In this document: one piece after another, positions 12,409 to 23,754 of the stretch
How the letters are laid out: every line of letters starts with the position of its first letter
Numbering within the stretch: the first letter of the stretch is position 1
Assembly: GCA_963763775.1 (NCBI GenBank)
Contig: CAVXPZ010000001.1
Span: forward strand, 992,001-1,056,000
Origin: an uncultured Chloroflexia bacterium
GTDB taxonomy: Bacteria; Chloroflexota; Limnocylindria; Limnocylindrales; CSP1-4
Reading direction: 5' to 3'
DNA: 64,000 bases
Program-made: the position numbers and the translations under genes
Notes under the pieces: generated by a model
Seen by the model: the letters and a program-made list of their open reading frames with translations, nothing else
The model's database searches: none
What the model was told of the DNA's origin: nothing

Positions 12409-12900
12409 CTAGCCCTCGCGTCGCCCGACGAGTTCCGCCACCCACGCCCGCAGGCGGTCGAGATGCTCCGTGTAGTGGTCGCACCCGGACTTCCGGATCC
12501 ACCACGCCGCCTCGTCGCTCGGGGCGGCGAGGTGGGACCACTCGTCGACCATCCGCGAGCGCCCCGCGTTCGCCTGGACCCAGGCGACCTCCCACGGGTG
12601 CCCGGCCATCGCCTCGAGGAAGGTGGCGTTGAGGCGGTCGATGTCGACGTCGTGGCCCTCGTACGTGCCCGCAGTGATCCGCTCGAGCTGCGCCTGGCCT
12701 TCGGCGAGCCACGTCCCCAGGTGCGCCACGACGTCGCGGACCGTCCAGTCCGGGTCCGTGTAATAACCGGGGATGAGGCACTCGTCGGGGGTCAATGAGC
12801 GCACGAGGGCCGCGATGTCATACCAGCCGACCCGCTCCGCCTCGAGCTCGACGGCGTAAGGGCGTGGCGACTCGGGCGGCGTCGGCCCCTCGTCGGTCAC
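12409..12900 (-). CDS. DinB/MDMPI N-terminal metal-binding domain protein
   Basis: WTVRDVVAHLGTW and HYTEH. Confidence 0.75.
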   Translation of the reverse strand: MTDEGPTPPESPRPYAVELEAERVGWYDIAALVRSLTPDECLIPGYYTDPDWTVRDVVAHLGTWLAEGQAQLERITAGTYEGHDVDIDRLNATFLEAMAGHPWEVAWVQANAGRSRMVDEWSHLAAPSDEAAWWIRKSGCDHYTEHLDRLRAWVAELVGRREG

Positions 12901-13268
12901 GGCGACCCCACCATGTCGCCCACCAGCGGGAGCCCGGCATCCTCCCAATCGAGCAGGCCGCCCGAGTAGCGGCGGACGTTCCGGTAGCCTCGGCGCACGA
13001 GGTCGCGGTACACCGCGACGCTCGAGAGGCAGTCGACATGCGAGCAGTACACCACGACCTCATCGTCCGGGTGGACCGCGGCGTAGAGCGCCTCCGGCGT
13101 GTCGAAATGCACCGAACCGGGGATGTGCTTGGCCTCGAAGGCCCAGCGGTTCAGGGCCATGATCAACGTCACGTCGTCGCCGCGATCGAGCTTGGCCTTG
13201 AGCTCGTCGCGGCCGATCGTGCGGATCGGCTCCGTGCCGAGGGCGGCGCTGGGTCGCGGTTGATCCAT
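12897..13268 (-). CDS. Rhodanese-like domain protein
   Basis: HIPGS, VVVYCSHVDC, YSGGLLDW. Confidence 0.85.
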   Translation of the reverse strand: MDQPRPSAALGTEPIRTIGRDELKAKLDRGDDVTLIMALNRWAFEAKHIPGSVHFDTPEALYAAVHPDDEVVVYCSHVDCLSSVAVYRDLVRRGYRNVRRYSGGLLDWEDAGLPLVGDMVGSP

Positions 13269-13323
13269 GGCCGACCGATTATCGTCTCCGTGACGACACC
13301 GAGCACGGAGGATCCACCGACCC

Positions 13324-14223
13324 ATGGCCTCGCCCCAGACCGGCATCTTCGCGCTCGGGACCTCGTCGCACGCCTGGCTCGAGTTCGACCTCGAGCCCTC
13401 CGTCGACCCGGCGACGGCCGTCGCGGCCGTGGCCTCGCTGCGCGAGCCGAGGACGACGATCGGCGGGGTCAACCTCGTCGCCGGGTTCCGGCCGTCGCTG
13501 TGGGCCGCCGCCGCACCCGACGCGGCCCCGCCCGATGCCCGGGACTTCGACCGACCGGTGACCGGCCCCGACGGCTACGCCATGGCGGCGACCCAGCACG
13601 ACGCGGTCATCTGGCTGACCGGGTCCGGGTACGACGTGGTGTTCGACCTCTCGCGGGCCGTGGCGAGCGCGCTCGCGGGGAAGTTGCGCCTCGCGCACGA
13701 GATGGTCGGCTGGCCGTACCACCACGACCTCGACCTCACGGGCTTCATGGACGGCACCGAGAACCCGTCCATCGTCGAGGCCACGAGCGAGGTGCTCGTC
13801 CCGGCCGGCGACCCGGGCGAGGGCGGTTCGATCCTGCTGCTCCAGCAGTGGGAGCACGACGCGGCGTCGTGGGAGGCGCTGCCGACGGATCGACAGGAGG
13901 CGGCCATCGGCCGGCGCAAGACGGACAGCGTGGAACTCGACCCGAGGCCGGCGTCGTCGCACGTCGCCCGCACGGACCAGGACTCGTTCGGCCGCATCTT
14001 CCGTCGGAACATCGCCTACGGGTCGCTCACGACGCACGGGACGGTCTTCGTGGGCTTCAGCGCCCACCAGGGGGTCCTGGCCGCGATGCTCGACAGCATG
14101 GTCGGCCGCGGCGGGCCCCGCGACGAGCTGACGCGGTCGACGCGGGCGCTGACCGGCGCGTACTACGTCATCCCGTCGGCAGAGCGGCTGGCGGCCTCAG
14201 GCACGCGGCCGGCGGAGGCGTGA
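13324..14223 (+). CDS. Dyp-type peroxidase
   Basis: GFMDGTENP, IGRRK, SHVAR, IFRRN. Confidence 0.9.
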   Translation: MASPQTGIFALGTSSHAWLEFDLEPSVDPATAVAAVASLREPRTTIGGVNLVAGFRPSLWAAAAPDAAPPDARDFDRPVTGPDGYAMAATQHDAVIWLTGSGYDVVFDLSRAVASALAGKLRLAHEMVGWPYHHDLDLTGFMDGTENPSIVEATSEVLVPAGDPGEGGSILLLQQWEHDAASWEALPTDRQEAAIGRRKTDSVELDPRPASSHVARTDQDSFGRIFRRNIAYGSLTTHGTVFVGFSAHQGVLAAMLDSMVGRGGPRDELTRSTRALTGAYYVIPSAERLAASGTRPAEA

Positions 14224-14308
14224 GGGACGTCCCTGCCTCGGAAATCGGGTACCTTCATGCGGCCTCCGGCCTCCGGAGCGAGCCAGCGGACCTGCGTCGG
14301 GAGTTGAC

Positions 14309-15895
14309 GTGACCACTCGGACACTGACCCTCGGCGCCAGCACGTACCCGGTCATCCTGCCCAACATCCGGGACCCGCGGCTCCACGTCGCGGCCGTGAT
14401 CATCACGATCCACATCCTCGGGCAGACCGTGCTGGCGTTCCGGGTCAGCGTCCCGCAGATCCTGGCGGCCATCCTGACGTGCGCGATCATCGAGGTCGCG
14501 CTCACGTTCCGAGCGACCAGGTCGTTCGTGTGGCCGGCCAGCGCGATGCTCACCGGCAGTGGCGTCGCCCTGATCCTCCGGGTCGTGGGGACGCCGCCGA
14601 ACGATCCGTGGACGACCTACGGCTGGTACATCTTCGCGGGCGTCGCGGCGTTCTCGCTCGCCACGAAGTACCTCATCAAGTACCGCGGCACGCACGTCTT
14701 CAACCCGTCCAACATCGGGCTGGTCGTGGCGTTCGTCGTGCTCGGGAGCACGCGGATCGAGCCGCTCGACTTCTGGTGGGCGCCGCTCGCCGGGCCGATG
14801 GCCGCGGCGTACGCCGTCATCCTGACCGGCGGACTGCTCATCACGCGACGCCTGCACCTCCTGGCGCTGGCCGCGACGTTCTGGGTGACGTTGGCGATCG
14901 GGGTCGGCCTGCTTGCGGACTCGGGCCACTGCATGGTCGCGAACTGGGCCTTCGCGCCGGTCTGTGGGTTCGACTTCTGGCGCGTCATCGTGACCTCGCC
15001 CGAGGTGCTGATCTTCCTGTTCTTCATGATCACGGACCCCAAGACCACCCCGGGCGGCCAGGTCGGGCGCATCGTGTTCGGGTTCCTCGTCGCGGTGGCG
15101 AGCACGCTCCTGATGGCGCCGCAGACCAACGAGTTCGGCACGAAGGTGGGGCTGCTCGCGGGCCTCGTCGTCATCTGCGCCGCACGCCCGCTGCTCGACC
15201 GCATCCTCCCCGAGCCTCGCTCGTCCGCCGACGACATCCGGCTCTTCGCGTCACGCCTCGTCCGCGGTGAGGGGTCAGGCGCCGGTGCGCTCCGCGGGGC
15301 CGCGCGTCTGGCCGTCATCGCCGTGGCCGTGCTCGGGATCGGCGTCGGGATCGTCGCCGCCGGCACGCCCGCGCGCGGCTCGGTCCCGCCGGACACGGCC
15401 GAGATCCTGGCCCGCGTCCCCCACCAGGTGGACGCGTCGACGTTCCCCGCGATCACGGTCGGACAGGACGTGACCGACTGGGACCACACGATCGTCGGGC
15501 CGGGTGCCGAGGCGATCGTCTTGACGATGGCCCAGAACCTCGAGGTGGAGGCCCAGGCCCTCCGGCGTCGCGACCCGAGCATCCTGCCGGCCGTGGACCA
15601 CGGCGACCGGCTCCTCGAGATGCAGGGCCGGCTCCAGGCGGCCGGGACCGCCGGGACGGTGGTGGTCCCGCGATATCACTTCGACCGCATCGACATGCGG
15701 CTGCTGCAGCCGTTCGGGCGCCAGGACGGCCTCAGCATCGGCCTGGACAGCAGCGGGACCGTGACCGAGGAGACCTACGACGCGGCCGGGAACCTCCAGT
15801 CGAGCACGACCGCGCCATTCGCCAAGACCTTCGTGGTCCGCCGCGCGACCGGCGACCGCTGGCTCAACGTGGCGGCGCTGCCCGCCGGCGGCTGA
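14309..15895 (+). CDS. RnfD/NqrB-like (UnbU-like) membrane protein with C-terminal extracellular domain
   Basis: SAMLTG, HVFNPSNIGL, FLFFMITDPKTTP. Confidence 0.7.
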   Translation: MTTRTLTLGASTYPVILPNIRDPRLHVAAVIITIHILGQTVLAFRVSVPQILAAILTCAIIEVALTFRATRSFVWPASAMLTGSGVALILRVVGTPPNDPWTTYGWYIFAGVAAFSLATKYLIKYRGTHVFNPSNIGLVVAFVVLGSTRIEPLDFWWAPLAGPMAAAYAVILTGGLLITRRLHLLALAATFWVTLAIGVGLLADSGHCMVANWAFAPVCGFDFWRVIVTSPEVLIFLFFMITDPKTTPGGQVGRIVFGFLVAVASTLLMAPQTNEFGTKVGLLAGLVVICAARPLLDRILPEPRSSADDIRLFASRLVRGEGSGAGALRGAARLAVIAVAVLGIGVGIVAAGTPARGSVPPDTAEILARVPHQVDASTFPAITVGQDVTDWDHTIVGPGAEAIVLTMAQNLEVEAQALRRRDPSILPAVDHGDRLLEMQGRLQAAGTAGTVVVPRYHFDRIDMRLLQPFGRQDGLSIGLDSSGTVTEETYDAAGNLQSSTTAPFAKTFVVRRATGDRWLNVAALPAGG

Positions 15896-15953
15896 TGATC
15901 GCCGGCCGCGGAACGGCCCCGCGCACGCCGCCGAGCGGCCCGGGAGCCGACCG

Positions 15954-17015
15954 CTAGACCCCGAGTTCGCTCGACGCCAGCGCGGTCCCCTCGACCCGTG
16001 CCCGGATCTTGGCGAACGCCGTGTCACGCGACGTGGAGGTGTCGTCGCCGAACGGCGAGAAACCGCAGTCGTCGGTCGTCCCAAGGTGCGATGGATCGAT
16101 GAACCGCGCGGCCTCGAGCACCCGGACGCGGACGTCGTCGGCTGTCTCGACTCGCGGGTCCAACGGGTCGATGACGCCCACGAAGATGCGCCGGTCGCCC
16201 GTGGCCTGCTCCCCGAGGATGCCCAGCACGTGCTCCCGGTCGGGCTCGCTCGCCAGCTGGACATAGAAGTTGGGCACATGCAGCTTGAAGAGCCCGGGCA
16301 GCAGGTGGTGGTAGTCGACGTCGGCGCTGTGGGTCGAGTCCTGGTCGCCGCCGGGGCACGTGTGGACGCCGACCTGCGCCCGCTCGGCGTCCGTCAGCCG
16401 GTCGAGCACCTGGTTGTTCACGTCGACGAACGCGTCGAGCAGCCCGCCGGACGGATCGAGCTTGAGCGACAGGCGGGCCTCGGTGAAGTCGATCTGGACG
16501 ATGGCGCCGCGCTCGATGCAGCCCCGGATCTCGTCGACGGCCTCGGTCACGAGGTCCTCGATGAAGGCCTCGCGTGGGTAGCCGGCGATGCCGTCGGCGG
16601 GGTACAGGAGGCTGAGTGCGGACGCCGAGATCACGGCCTGCTTCATGCGAGCCGCCGTGTGCGCGCGGGCGCCGTCGAGGTAGGACCACGCCTTGGTCGA
16701 GTACCGGAACGGGCCGGAGGTGATGACCGGCAGCTGCCGCGTGTGGCCGTCCTCGAAGGGGATGGTCACCCCGCCCGGTGCGAGGTCGGTCAGGCCGGCG
16801 ACCGGGTACGTCGCGAAGCTGGGCTTGCGCTGCTCGCCGTCGGTGATGACCGGCGATCCGGTCGCCTCGAACCGCTGGAGCGTGTCGAGCACGGCGTCGT
16901 CGTACAGGGCGTCGAGGGCCGCTGCCGAGAGGGTCCCGGCGGCGGCCGCGTGCATGCCGTCGATGAGGGCCTGGGGTCGGGGGATGCTGCCGATGGGCTC
17001 TGTTGGTATGGTCAT
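15954..17015 (-). CDS. Cobalamin-independent methionine synthase II family (single-barrel) protein
   Basis: IGSIPRP, TDGEQ, HTC and DDCGF Zn ligands. Confidence 0.85.
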   Translation of the reverse strand: MTIPTEPIGSIPRPQALIDGMHAAAAGTLSAAALDALYDDAVLDTLQRFEATGSPVITDGEQRKPSFATYPVAGLTDLAPGGVTIPFEDGHTRQLPVITSGPFRYSTKAWSYLDGARAHTAARMKQAVISASALSLLYPADGIAGYPREAFIEDLVTEAVDEIRGCIERGAIVQIDFTEARLSLKLDPSGGLLDAFVDVNNQVLDRLTDAERAQVGVHTCPGGDQDSTHSADVDYHHLLPGLFKLHVPNFYVQLASEPDREHVLGILGEQATGDRRIFVGVIDPLDPRVETADDVRVRVLEAARFIDPSHLGTTDDCGFSPFGDDTSTSRDTAFAKIRARVEGTALASSELGV

Positions 17016-17073
17016 GTCCGCATGCTACGCATGATCGTGGCGAATGGCACCCTACCGACGGAGATGACCCTTC

Positions 17074-17697
17074 ATGACCCGTGACGCGGAACGACTCGAG
17101 CGAGCCCAGGAGCGCCCGATCGTCGGGGGCCTCCCCGACGTGCCGGGGATCGTGGTGGCGATGCGCCTGACGCCGGGCCTCGGGGTCCACATGCGCGGCC
17201 TCGCCGACGAGTTGCTCGTCAACGACTTCCCGGGCGCCACGATCACCCGCGCCGAGCGCGAGATGCTCGCGACGGCCGTCTCCGCGCAGAACGACTGCTT
17301 CTTCTGCATGGACTCGCACGCGGCGCACGCGACCGCGCTGCTCGAGCGGACCGGTTCGACGGAGCTCGTGCCGCTCCTCGACGAGCTCAAGCTGGGCTCC
17401 TCCGAGGGCGTCGGCGACAAGATGGCGGCCTTGCTGCACGTCGCCCGGACGGTCGGCCGTGCCCCGCGGGAGCTGACCGCCGACGATGTCGCCGCCGCCA
17501 CGGCGGCCGGCGCCGCGGATGCCGACGTCCAGCTCGCCGTGCTGATCGCGGCCGGGTTCTCGATGTACAACCGCATGGTCGACGGCTTCCGCGCCGGGAC
17601 GGCGCCGAGCACGGAGATGTATCTCGCGCGCGCCGGCGAGATCGCCGAGAACGGCTACAGCGCCCCGCCGGTCGCCGCCGGGGCAGCCCCCCGCTGA
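17074..17697 (+). CDS. AhpD/carboxymuconolactone decarboxylase family peroxidase-related protein
   Basis: EREMLATAVSAQNDCFFCMDSH (CxxC + H). Confidence 0.8.
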   Translation: MTRDAERLERAQERPIVGGLPDVPGIVVAMRLTPGLGVHMRGLADELLVNDFPGATITRAEREMLATAVSAQNDCFFCMDSHAAHATALLERTGSTELVPLLDELKLGSSEGVGDKMAALLHVARTVGRAPRELTADDVAAATAAGAADADVQLAVLIAAGFSMYNRMVDGFRAGTAPSTEMYLARAGEIAENGYSAPPVAAGAAPR

Positions 17698-17704
17698 ATT
17701 ACGA

Positions 17705-17729
17705 CGGGCGGTCCAGGCTGGACCGCCCG
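17705..17729. terminator. GC hairpin between convergent genes
   Basis: CGGGCGGTCCA-GGC-TGGACCGCCCG. Confidence 0.6.
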
Positions 17730-17753
17730 CTGAGGGAGCAAGGGCCCGCGCGA

Positions 17754-17984
17754 TCAGCTCTTGGCGTTCATCTGCTTGTCGACCTCGGCCTGGATCTGTG
17801 CGTCGCGTCGATTCTTGACGCGGCGGGCGAGCATCAGCCCGATGAACCAGGGCCACAGCAGCGCGATGATGGCCCCGATGACCACGGCCGGCAGGTACTT
17901 GTCCGAGAACTGGCTGCCGACCATGATGATCAGCAGGACGTACGTCGCCACCGCCCCGATCACGACGCCGATGATGTGATGCAT
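17754..17984 (-). CDS. Small two-TM membrane protein (WPW family; paralog of 59548-59805)
   Basis: GGAGG RBS, two hydrophobic helices, similarity to the second copy. Confidence 0.75.
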   Translation of the reverse strand: MHHIIGVVIGAVATYVLLIIMVGSQFSDKYLPAVVIGAIIALLWPWFIGLMLARRVKNRRDAQIQAEVDKQMNAKS

Positions 17985-18278
17985 CGAGTCTTCCTCCCGT
18001 CACGCCCAGCCGCCGATCGCATCGTCGCGCAGGCGGGAGCCTGAGCCTAGGACCGGCGAGGGTCGCAGCTCGACAGCGTACCGACCCTGCGATGCCGCCG
18101 TGACTCGACCTCGGGACGTTCGACGGGCCGCACGGCCCCCGGCGGAGGGGCAGAACGGCCCGCAGCACAGGTCGACCGGCCCCTAGGCGCGACGACCCCT
18201 TCCGCGCACGATCGACTCGAGTTCGACGACCGGACCACATCAGGACGGCGCACCGGGCTCAAGCGGAAGGAACGGATC

Positions 18279-18794
18279 ATGGAAAAGGCGAAGGGTCTCG
18301 CCGCACTGCGGATCGTCATGGGCATCGGCTTCCTCTATGCCGGGCTCGAGAAGGTCTTCGACTTCACCGCCTCCGGCAAGGCGTTCAGCGCGGCCGGCTT
18401 CCTCAAGTTCGGCACGGCCGGCACGCTGCCCGGGTCCGCCCAGGACGCGGTGGTCAACCCGACCCACGACTTCTGGATCGCCCTGGCCGGCAACACGGCC
18501 ATGATCGATGCGATGAACTTCCTCGTCGTGTTCGGCGAGCTGGCGATCGGCGTCGCGCTGATCCTCGGCTTCGCGACCCGCTTCGCGGGCGTGATGGGCG
18601 CCATCCTCATGGGTCTCATCACCGTCGCGGCCTGGGACTTCGGCTTCGGCCCGATCAACGAGACGGTCCTGTACGCGGTGGTCGCCCTCTACCTCGCCTA
18701 TGCCGAGGCCGGGCTCGCCTACGGCATCGATGCGGTCATCGAGAAGAGCGAGTTCGTCGCCCATCGGCCGGCGCTCCACTACCTGCTCGGATAG
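18279..18794 (+). CDS. DoxX/DoxD (TQO small subunit-like) membrane protein
   Basis: LRIVMGIGFLYAGLEK, GELAIGVALILG, YGID. Confidence 0.8.
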   Translation: MEKAKGLAALRIVMGIGFLYAGLEKVFDFTASGKAFSAAGFLKFGTAGTLPGSAQDAVVNPTHDFWIALAGNTAMIDAMNFLVVFGELAIGVALILGFATRFAGVMGAILMGLITVAAWDFGFGPINETVLYAVVALYLAYAEAGLAYGIDAVIEKSEFVAHRPALHYLLG

Positions 18795-18891
18795 CGTCCC
18801 GGCTCACCTTCCAGCCGGGCCGCGACCCGGACGACATCGACCGGCGGATCCCCAAGGGTCCGCCGGTCCTTCGTGCGGATGGAGGTCGACG

Positions 18892-19290
18892 ATGACGGAC
18901 AGTCCGGCTCCCCGGACCGCGCAGCCAGACGGTGGGCATCCGGTGGAGGTCGCGGCCGTCAAGGTCGTCCACACCGCCGTGTTCCTCACGGAGCTGGCCG
19001 CGATCGCCTGGCTCCTGGTGACGGGCCTCGCGGGGCGTCGCGACCGGAGCGTCGGCCTCGCCGCGGCCGCCGTGGCCGGCGAGGTGGCGGTCTTCCTGGC
19101 GAACGGCGGCGTCTGCCCGCTGACGCCGCTCACCGAACGGCTCGGGGCGGCGCGGGGCTCGGTGTCCGACATCTTCCTGCCGGACGCGGTCGCCCGCACG
19201 ACCCCGATCTGGTCGAGCGCGCTCGTCGCCCTGGCGATCGTCGCGCACGTGAGAGCGTACCGTCGGCGGGACGCCGCTTCCGCGACCTAG
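18892..19290 (+). CDS. Small membrane protein (DUF2784-like, CPLT motif)
   Basis: KVVHT, GGVCPLTPL; GGAGG RBS. Confidence 0.6.
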   Translation: MTDSPAPRTAQPDGGHPVEVAAVKVVHTAVFLTELAAIAWLLVTGLAGRRDRSVGLAAAAVAGEVAVFLANGGVCPLTPLTERLGAARGSVSDIFLPDAVARTTPIWSSALVALAIVAHVRAYRRRDAASAT

Positions 19291-19327
19291 GCGGCCCGGC
19301 GCTCAGGCGCAGGCCGCCCCGACCGGG

Positions 19328-19615
19328 TCAGGCGACCGATTCGTTCCCGTCCCGGCCACTGCCGAGGTCGCCGCTCACGGCGGCCGCACCGTTGGCGATG
19401 GACCAGGTGCTGACCGCATCGGCCAGCGCCACGGACCCGGGGCGGACCGCCAGGCGGTCGTCGAGGCCGCGGATGCCGGGGCCGAGTTCGGCCAGCCGGC
19501 CGCGGTACGCGGGCTTGTCGCCGTTCACTCGGGCGGTGGTCGGATAGACGTCGAAGTAGCCGTCCGTGCTGACGACGATGTTCGCCTCGGGCTGGGCGAA
19601 CGCGGTGCGAGCCAT
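19328..19615 (-). CDS. Hypothetical protein or gene fragment
   Basis: Coding-like codon pattern in the first half only. Confidence 0.3.
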   Translation of the reverse strand: MARTAFAQPEANIVVSTDGYFDVYPTTARVNGDKPAYRGRLAELGPGIRGLDDRLAVRPGSVALADAVSTWSIANGAAAVSGDLGSGRDGNESVA

Positions 19616-19774
19616 GGGTGGGGATCCGATCCGGTCGCGCGCTTCGGACCGACGAGCTGCGAGCCCGGCGCCTGCGACCTGACCCCCACCATCGGGCCGC
19701 GGCTCGAATCCGTCAAACGGCAGGTCACCCGTCGGGCTCGCAGGGCGGCCCTCCGGTGCCGTCAGCGGCGCTCG

Positions 19775-19797
19775 GTTTGTGTTCGTCCCGCACAAAC
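19775..19797. promoter_or_regulatory. ROK/XylR-type operator upstream of xylA
   Basis: Palindrome GTTTGTG-N9-CACAAAC next to a TACACT -10 box (19803-19808). Confidence 0.75.
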
Positions 19798-19875
19798 TGC
19801 GCTACACTCGGGCAGATGGTTGCGGCCGGGCGCGCGACCGGTGTCGATCGGGTGGCGGGGCAGGAGGGACGGGTC

Positions 19876-21237
19876 ATGGGCGAGGAGTTCTTCACCGAGG
19901 TATCGGGGCCCATCCCCTTCGGCGGGCTCGCTTCGGACGACCCGTTGACGTTCAAGGTCTACGAGCCCGACCGTCTGGTCCTCGGCAAGCGGATGGAGGA
20001 TCACCTCCGCCCCGGTGTCTGCTTCTGGCACTCGTTCGCGTGGCCGGGCACCGACATGTTCGGCGTCGGGACCATGGACCGCCCGTGGATCGGTGCCGCC
20101 GACGAGATGGCCGCCGCCCGCGCGAAGATGGCGGTCGCCTTCGAGTTCTTCACGAAGATCGGCATCCCCTACTACTGCTTCCACGACCGCGACGTGGCGC
20201 CGGAAGGCGACTCCTACGCCGAGTTCCGCGCGAATCTCGACGCGCTCGTCGACGACGCGGCCGGCTACCAGGAGCGCACGGGCGTCCGGCTCCTGTGGGG
20301 GACGGCCAACCTCTTCACGCACCCGCGCTACCAGGCCGGCGCCGCCACCAATCCCGACCCCGAGGTGTTCGCCTTCGCCGCGGCGCAGGTCAAGCACATG
20401 CTCGACGTCACACTGCGACTCGGTGGCGAGAACTACGTCCTGTGGGGCGGCCGCGAGGGCTACGACACGCTCCTCAACACCGACCTCCGACGCGAGGGCG
20501 ACCAGCTCGCCCGGTTCCTGCACCTCGTCGTCGAGCACAAGCACAAGATCGGCTTCGCCGGCCAGCTCCTCATCGAGCCCAAGCCGATGGAGCCGACCAA
20601 GCACCAGTACGACTACGACACCTCGACCGTCCACGGCTTCCTGGTGAAGCACGGCCTCGAGGGCGAGTTCCGCGCCAACATCGAGGCGAACCACGCGACC
20701 CTCGCCGGGCACAGCTTCCACCACGAGGTGGCGTACGCGACCGCCAACGGGATGCTGGGCAGCATCGACGCCAACCGCGGCGACCCGCAGAACGGGTGGG
20801 ACACCGACCAGTTCCCGAACTCGGTCGAGGACCTGGCACTGCCGATCTACGAGATCCTCCAGAGCGGAGGCATCGCCCCGGGCGGGTTCAACTTCGATGC
20901 GAAGCTGCGCCGCCAGAGCACCCACCGGACGGACCTGTTCCACGCCCACATCGGCGGTCTCGACACCATCGCCCAGGCCCTGCTGGTCGCGGCGGACCTC
21001 GTGGAGCGTGGCGAGCTGGCCGCCTTGAAGGCGGAGCGCTACGCCGGGTGGGACGGCCCCCTGGGCAAGGCCATCGCCGACGGGACCGAGTCGCTCGAAT
21101 CGCTCGAGGCCAAGGTCGCCGCCGGCAAGATCGCCCCGACGCGCGTTTCCGGCGGCCAGGAGCGCCTCGAGAACCTCGTCAATCGATCGGTCTGGGCGAC
21201 CGGCGGAGCCCGCGCGAAGGTCGGCACCGAGCGCTGA
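19876..21237 (+). CDS. xylA: Xylose isomerase (class II)
   Basis: [38 protein letters not shown]. Confidence 0.96.
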   Translation: MGEEFFTEVSGPIPFGGLASDDPLTFKVYEPDRLVLGKRMEDHLRPGVCFWHSFAWPGTDMFGVGTMDRPWIGAADEMAAARAKMAVAFEFFTKIGIPYYCFHDRDVAPEGDSYAEFRANLDALVDDAAGYQERTGVRLLWGTANLFTHPRYQAGAATNPDPEVFAFAAAQVKHMLDVTLRLGGENYVLWGGREGYDTLLNTDLRREGDQLARFLHLVVEHKHKIGFAGQLLIEPKPMEPTKHQYDYDTSTVHGFLVKHGLEGEFRANIEANHATLAGHSFHHEVAYATANGMLGSIDANRGDPQNGWDTDQFPNSVEDLALPIYEILQSGGIAPGGFNFDAKLRRQSTHRTDLFHAHIGGLDTIAQALLVAADLVERGELAALKAERYAGWDGPLGKAIADGTESLESLEAKVAAGKIAPTRVSGGQERLENLVNRSVWATGGARAKVGTER

Positions 21238-21242
21238 CGCCG

Positions 21243-22727
21243 ATGGCCCACGTCATCGGGATCGACGCCTCCACCACCGCGACCAAGGCCGTCCTGATCG
21301 ACGACCGCGGGGCGGTCGTCGGCGTGGGCATCACCGAATACGGCTTCGAGGTCCCACACCCGCTGTGGAGCGAGCAGTCGCCGGACCTGTGGTGGGACGG
21401 CGCGGTGGCGTCCATCCGCTCCGTGCTCGCCTCGACCGGCGTCCCCGGCGACGACGTGGTCGCCGTAGGTCTGACCGGTCAGATGCACGGGGCGGTCCTG
21501 CTCGACGCCGGCGGCGCGATCCTCCGGCCCGCGATCCTCTGGAACGACCAGCGGACGGCCGCCGCCTGCGATGCCATCCGCGAGGCCGTCGGGCCGGAGC
21601 GCCTCATCGAGATCACCGGCAACGACGCCCTGACGGGTTTCACCGCCCCCAAGCTGGTCTGGGTCCGCGACAACGAGCCCGACGTGTGGCGTCGGATCGC
21701 GCACGTGCTGCTGCCCAAGGACTTCGTGCGGCTGCGCCTCACCGGCGAGTACGCCCTCGACAAGGCCGATGGCGCAGGCACGATCCTCTTCGACCTCGCG
21801 GCCCGGGACTGGTCGCCCGAGGTCCTCGCCGCGCTCCGGATCGACCCGGCCTGGATGCCCCGGACCTACGAGGGCCCCGAGGTCACGGGCACCGTATCGG
21901 CCACGGCTGCCGCGGCCACGGGACTTCGAAGCGGCACGCCCGTCGTCGCGGGCGGCGGCGACCAGGCCGCGAACGCGGTCGGTGTCGGCGTCGTGTCACC
22001 CGGCACCATGGCCCTCTCGCTCGGCACATCGGGCGTGGTCTTCGCCGCGACGGACCGACCGATCCACGAGCCGCGCGGCATCGTCCATGCGTTCTGCCAT
22101 GCCGTCCCGGGACGCTGGCACATGATGTCGGTGATGCTCTCCGCGGCCGGGAGCCTGCGCTGGTTCCGCGACACGGTGGCGCCTGGCGTCGAGTTCGGCG
22201 ACCTCGTCGCCGAGGCCGGAGGCGTCCCGGCGGGCAGCGACGGCCTGCTCTTCCTCCCCTACCTCACCGGCGAGCGCAGTCCGCACCCGGACCCGCTCGC
22301 GCGCGGCGCGTTCGTCGGGCTCACCGTGACCCACGATCGACGGCACCTGACGCGCGCCGTCCTCGAGGGGGTCGCGTTCGGGCTTCGCGACGGACTGGAC
22401 CTCATGACGGCGGCCGGGATGCCGGCTCCCGACCAGATCCGGGCCTCCGGCGGCGGCACGGCGAGTCCGCTCTGGCGGCAGATCCTCGCCGACGTGCTGG
22501 ACGCGGAGATCGCCACGGTCGATACGGCCGAGGGCGCCGCCTACGGTGCCGGGCTGCTGGCGGCGGTCGGCGCCGGCTGGTTCCCGACGGTCGACGCCGC
22601 GACGGCAGCGTTCGTCACGGCCACGCCCGTCGCGAGTCCGGGACCGGACACGAGCCGGTACGCCGAAGCGCATGCGATCTACCGCGACCTCTACCCGGCG
22701 CTCGCGCCCGCGTTCCGCCGGATGTGA
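21243..22727 (+). CDS. xylB: Xylulokinase
   Basis: GIDASTT, TGQMHG, LWNDQR, GGGDQ, PYLTGER. Confidence 0.93.
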   Translation: MAHVIGIDASTTATKAVLIDDRGAVVGVGITEYGFEVPHPLWSEQSPDLWWDGAVASIRSVLASTGVPGDDVVAVGLTGQMHGAVLLDAGGAILRPAILWNDQRTAAACDAIREAVGPERLIEITGNDALTGFTAPKLVWVRDNEPDVWRRIAHVLLPKDFVRLRLTGEYALDKADGAGTILFDLAARDWSPEVLAALRIDPAWMPRTYEGPEVTGTVSATAAAATGLRSGTPVVAGGGDQAANAVGVGVVSPGTMALSLGTSGVVFAATDRPIHEPRGIVHAFCHAVPGRWHMMSVMLSAAGSLRWFRDTVAPGVEFGDLVAEAGGVPAGSDGLLFLPYLTGERSPHPDPLARGAFVGLTVTHDRRHLTRAVLEGVAFGLRDGLDLMTAAGMPAPDQIRASGGGTASPLWRQILADVLDAEIATVDTAEGAAYGAGLLAAVGAGWFPTVDAATAAFVTATPVASPGPDTSRYAEAHAIYRDLYPALAPAFRRM

Positions 22728-22767
22728 CCGCCCGACGGCCGGGCCGTCGGGACGATCGGCACGCTGG

Positions 22768-23737
22768 TCAGCCGTGCAGGATCTCGAGCTCCTTCTCGGA
22801 GACCTCGTCGGGGAGCTTGCCCATGATGATCATGGCGAGCACCTCGTCCTTGGTCACCTTGGTCTTGTCCACGGTGCCGACGAGCTTGCCCTGGAGCATC
22901 ACGCGAGATCCGGTCCGCGAGGTCGAAGACGTCGTGGATGTCGTGGCTGATCAGGAAGATCCCGATGCCCTCTTCCTTGAGCTGGGCCACGAGCTCGCGG
23001 ACCTGGGCGGTCTCCGCCGGGCCGAGCGCCGCGGTGGGCTCGTCCATGATCAGGATCTTCGCGTTGAAGTGCACCGCCCGGGCGATCGCGACGGACTGCC
23101 GCTGGCCGCCGGACAGGGACTTCACGGGGGTCTTGAAGTTCTTGAACTTCGGGTTGAGCCGGCCCATCACGTTGCGGGTCGCCGATTCCATCGCGGTGTC
23201 GTCGAGCGACCCGAACCGGGTCGTGAGCTCGCGGCCCAGGAACAGGTTCGCCGCGGCGTCGATGTTGTCCGCCAGCGCGAGGGTCTGGTAGATGGTCTCG
23301 ATGCCGTGCGCCTTCGCGTCCCGAGGGTTGCCGATCGTGACCTTCTGGCCGTCGATCAGGATCTCTCCCTGGTCGGCCTGGTGGGCACCCGACAGCACGC
23401 GGATGAGCGTCGACTTGCCGGCGCCGTTGCCCCCGACGAGGCCGATGACCTCGCCCGGGTAGACGTCGATGGTGACCCCGTCGACCGCGTGGACGCCGCC
23501 GAACGAGACCCGGATGTTGCGCATCTCGGCGAGGGGCGGGCGCCCGGTCAGGGCCGATTCCACGGTCGATGGCGCGCGCCTGGCGACGTGCCCCGCGGGC
23601 ATGGACGTGACGCTCGGCGGTGGCGGCGCGGTCGACACCAGCGCCTCGGCCGGGATCGGTTCCGGCTCGCCGGACGGCGAGATGGCCGATGCCGGCACGG
23701 GGTCGGGGCCTTCGGAAGGGTTGAACTCGCTGGTCAT
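22768..23737 (-). CDS. Sugar ABC transporter ATP-binding protein; +1 frameshift near 22903
   Basis: [22 protein letters not shown]; the C-terminus VMLQGKLVG...ELEILHG continues in another frame. Confidence 0.88.
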
Positions 23738-23754
23738 CGTCGTCCTCCCGTCGC

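Noticed and set aside
13324-14223. Encapsulin cargo Dyp peroxidase
   Set aside because: No C-terminal GSLxIGSL-like targeting peptide and no adjacent encapsulin gene.
14309-15895. Rnf/Nqr respiratory complex
   Set aside because: Only one subunit-like gene is present, with no partner subunits in the window.
6960-19720. tRNA-Gln 3'-end duplication marking an island boundary
   Set aside because: No convincing second copy was found; CTCGAATCC near 19703 is too short, and there is no integrase.
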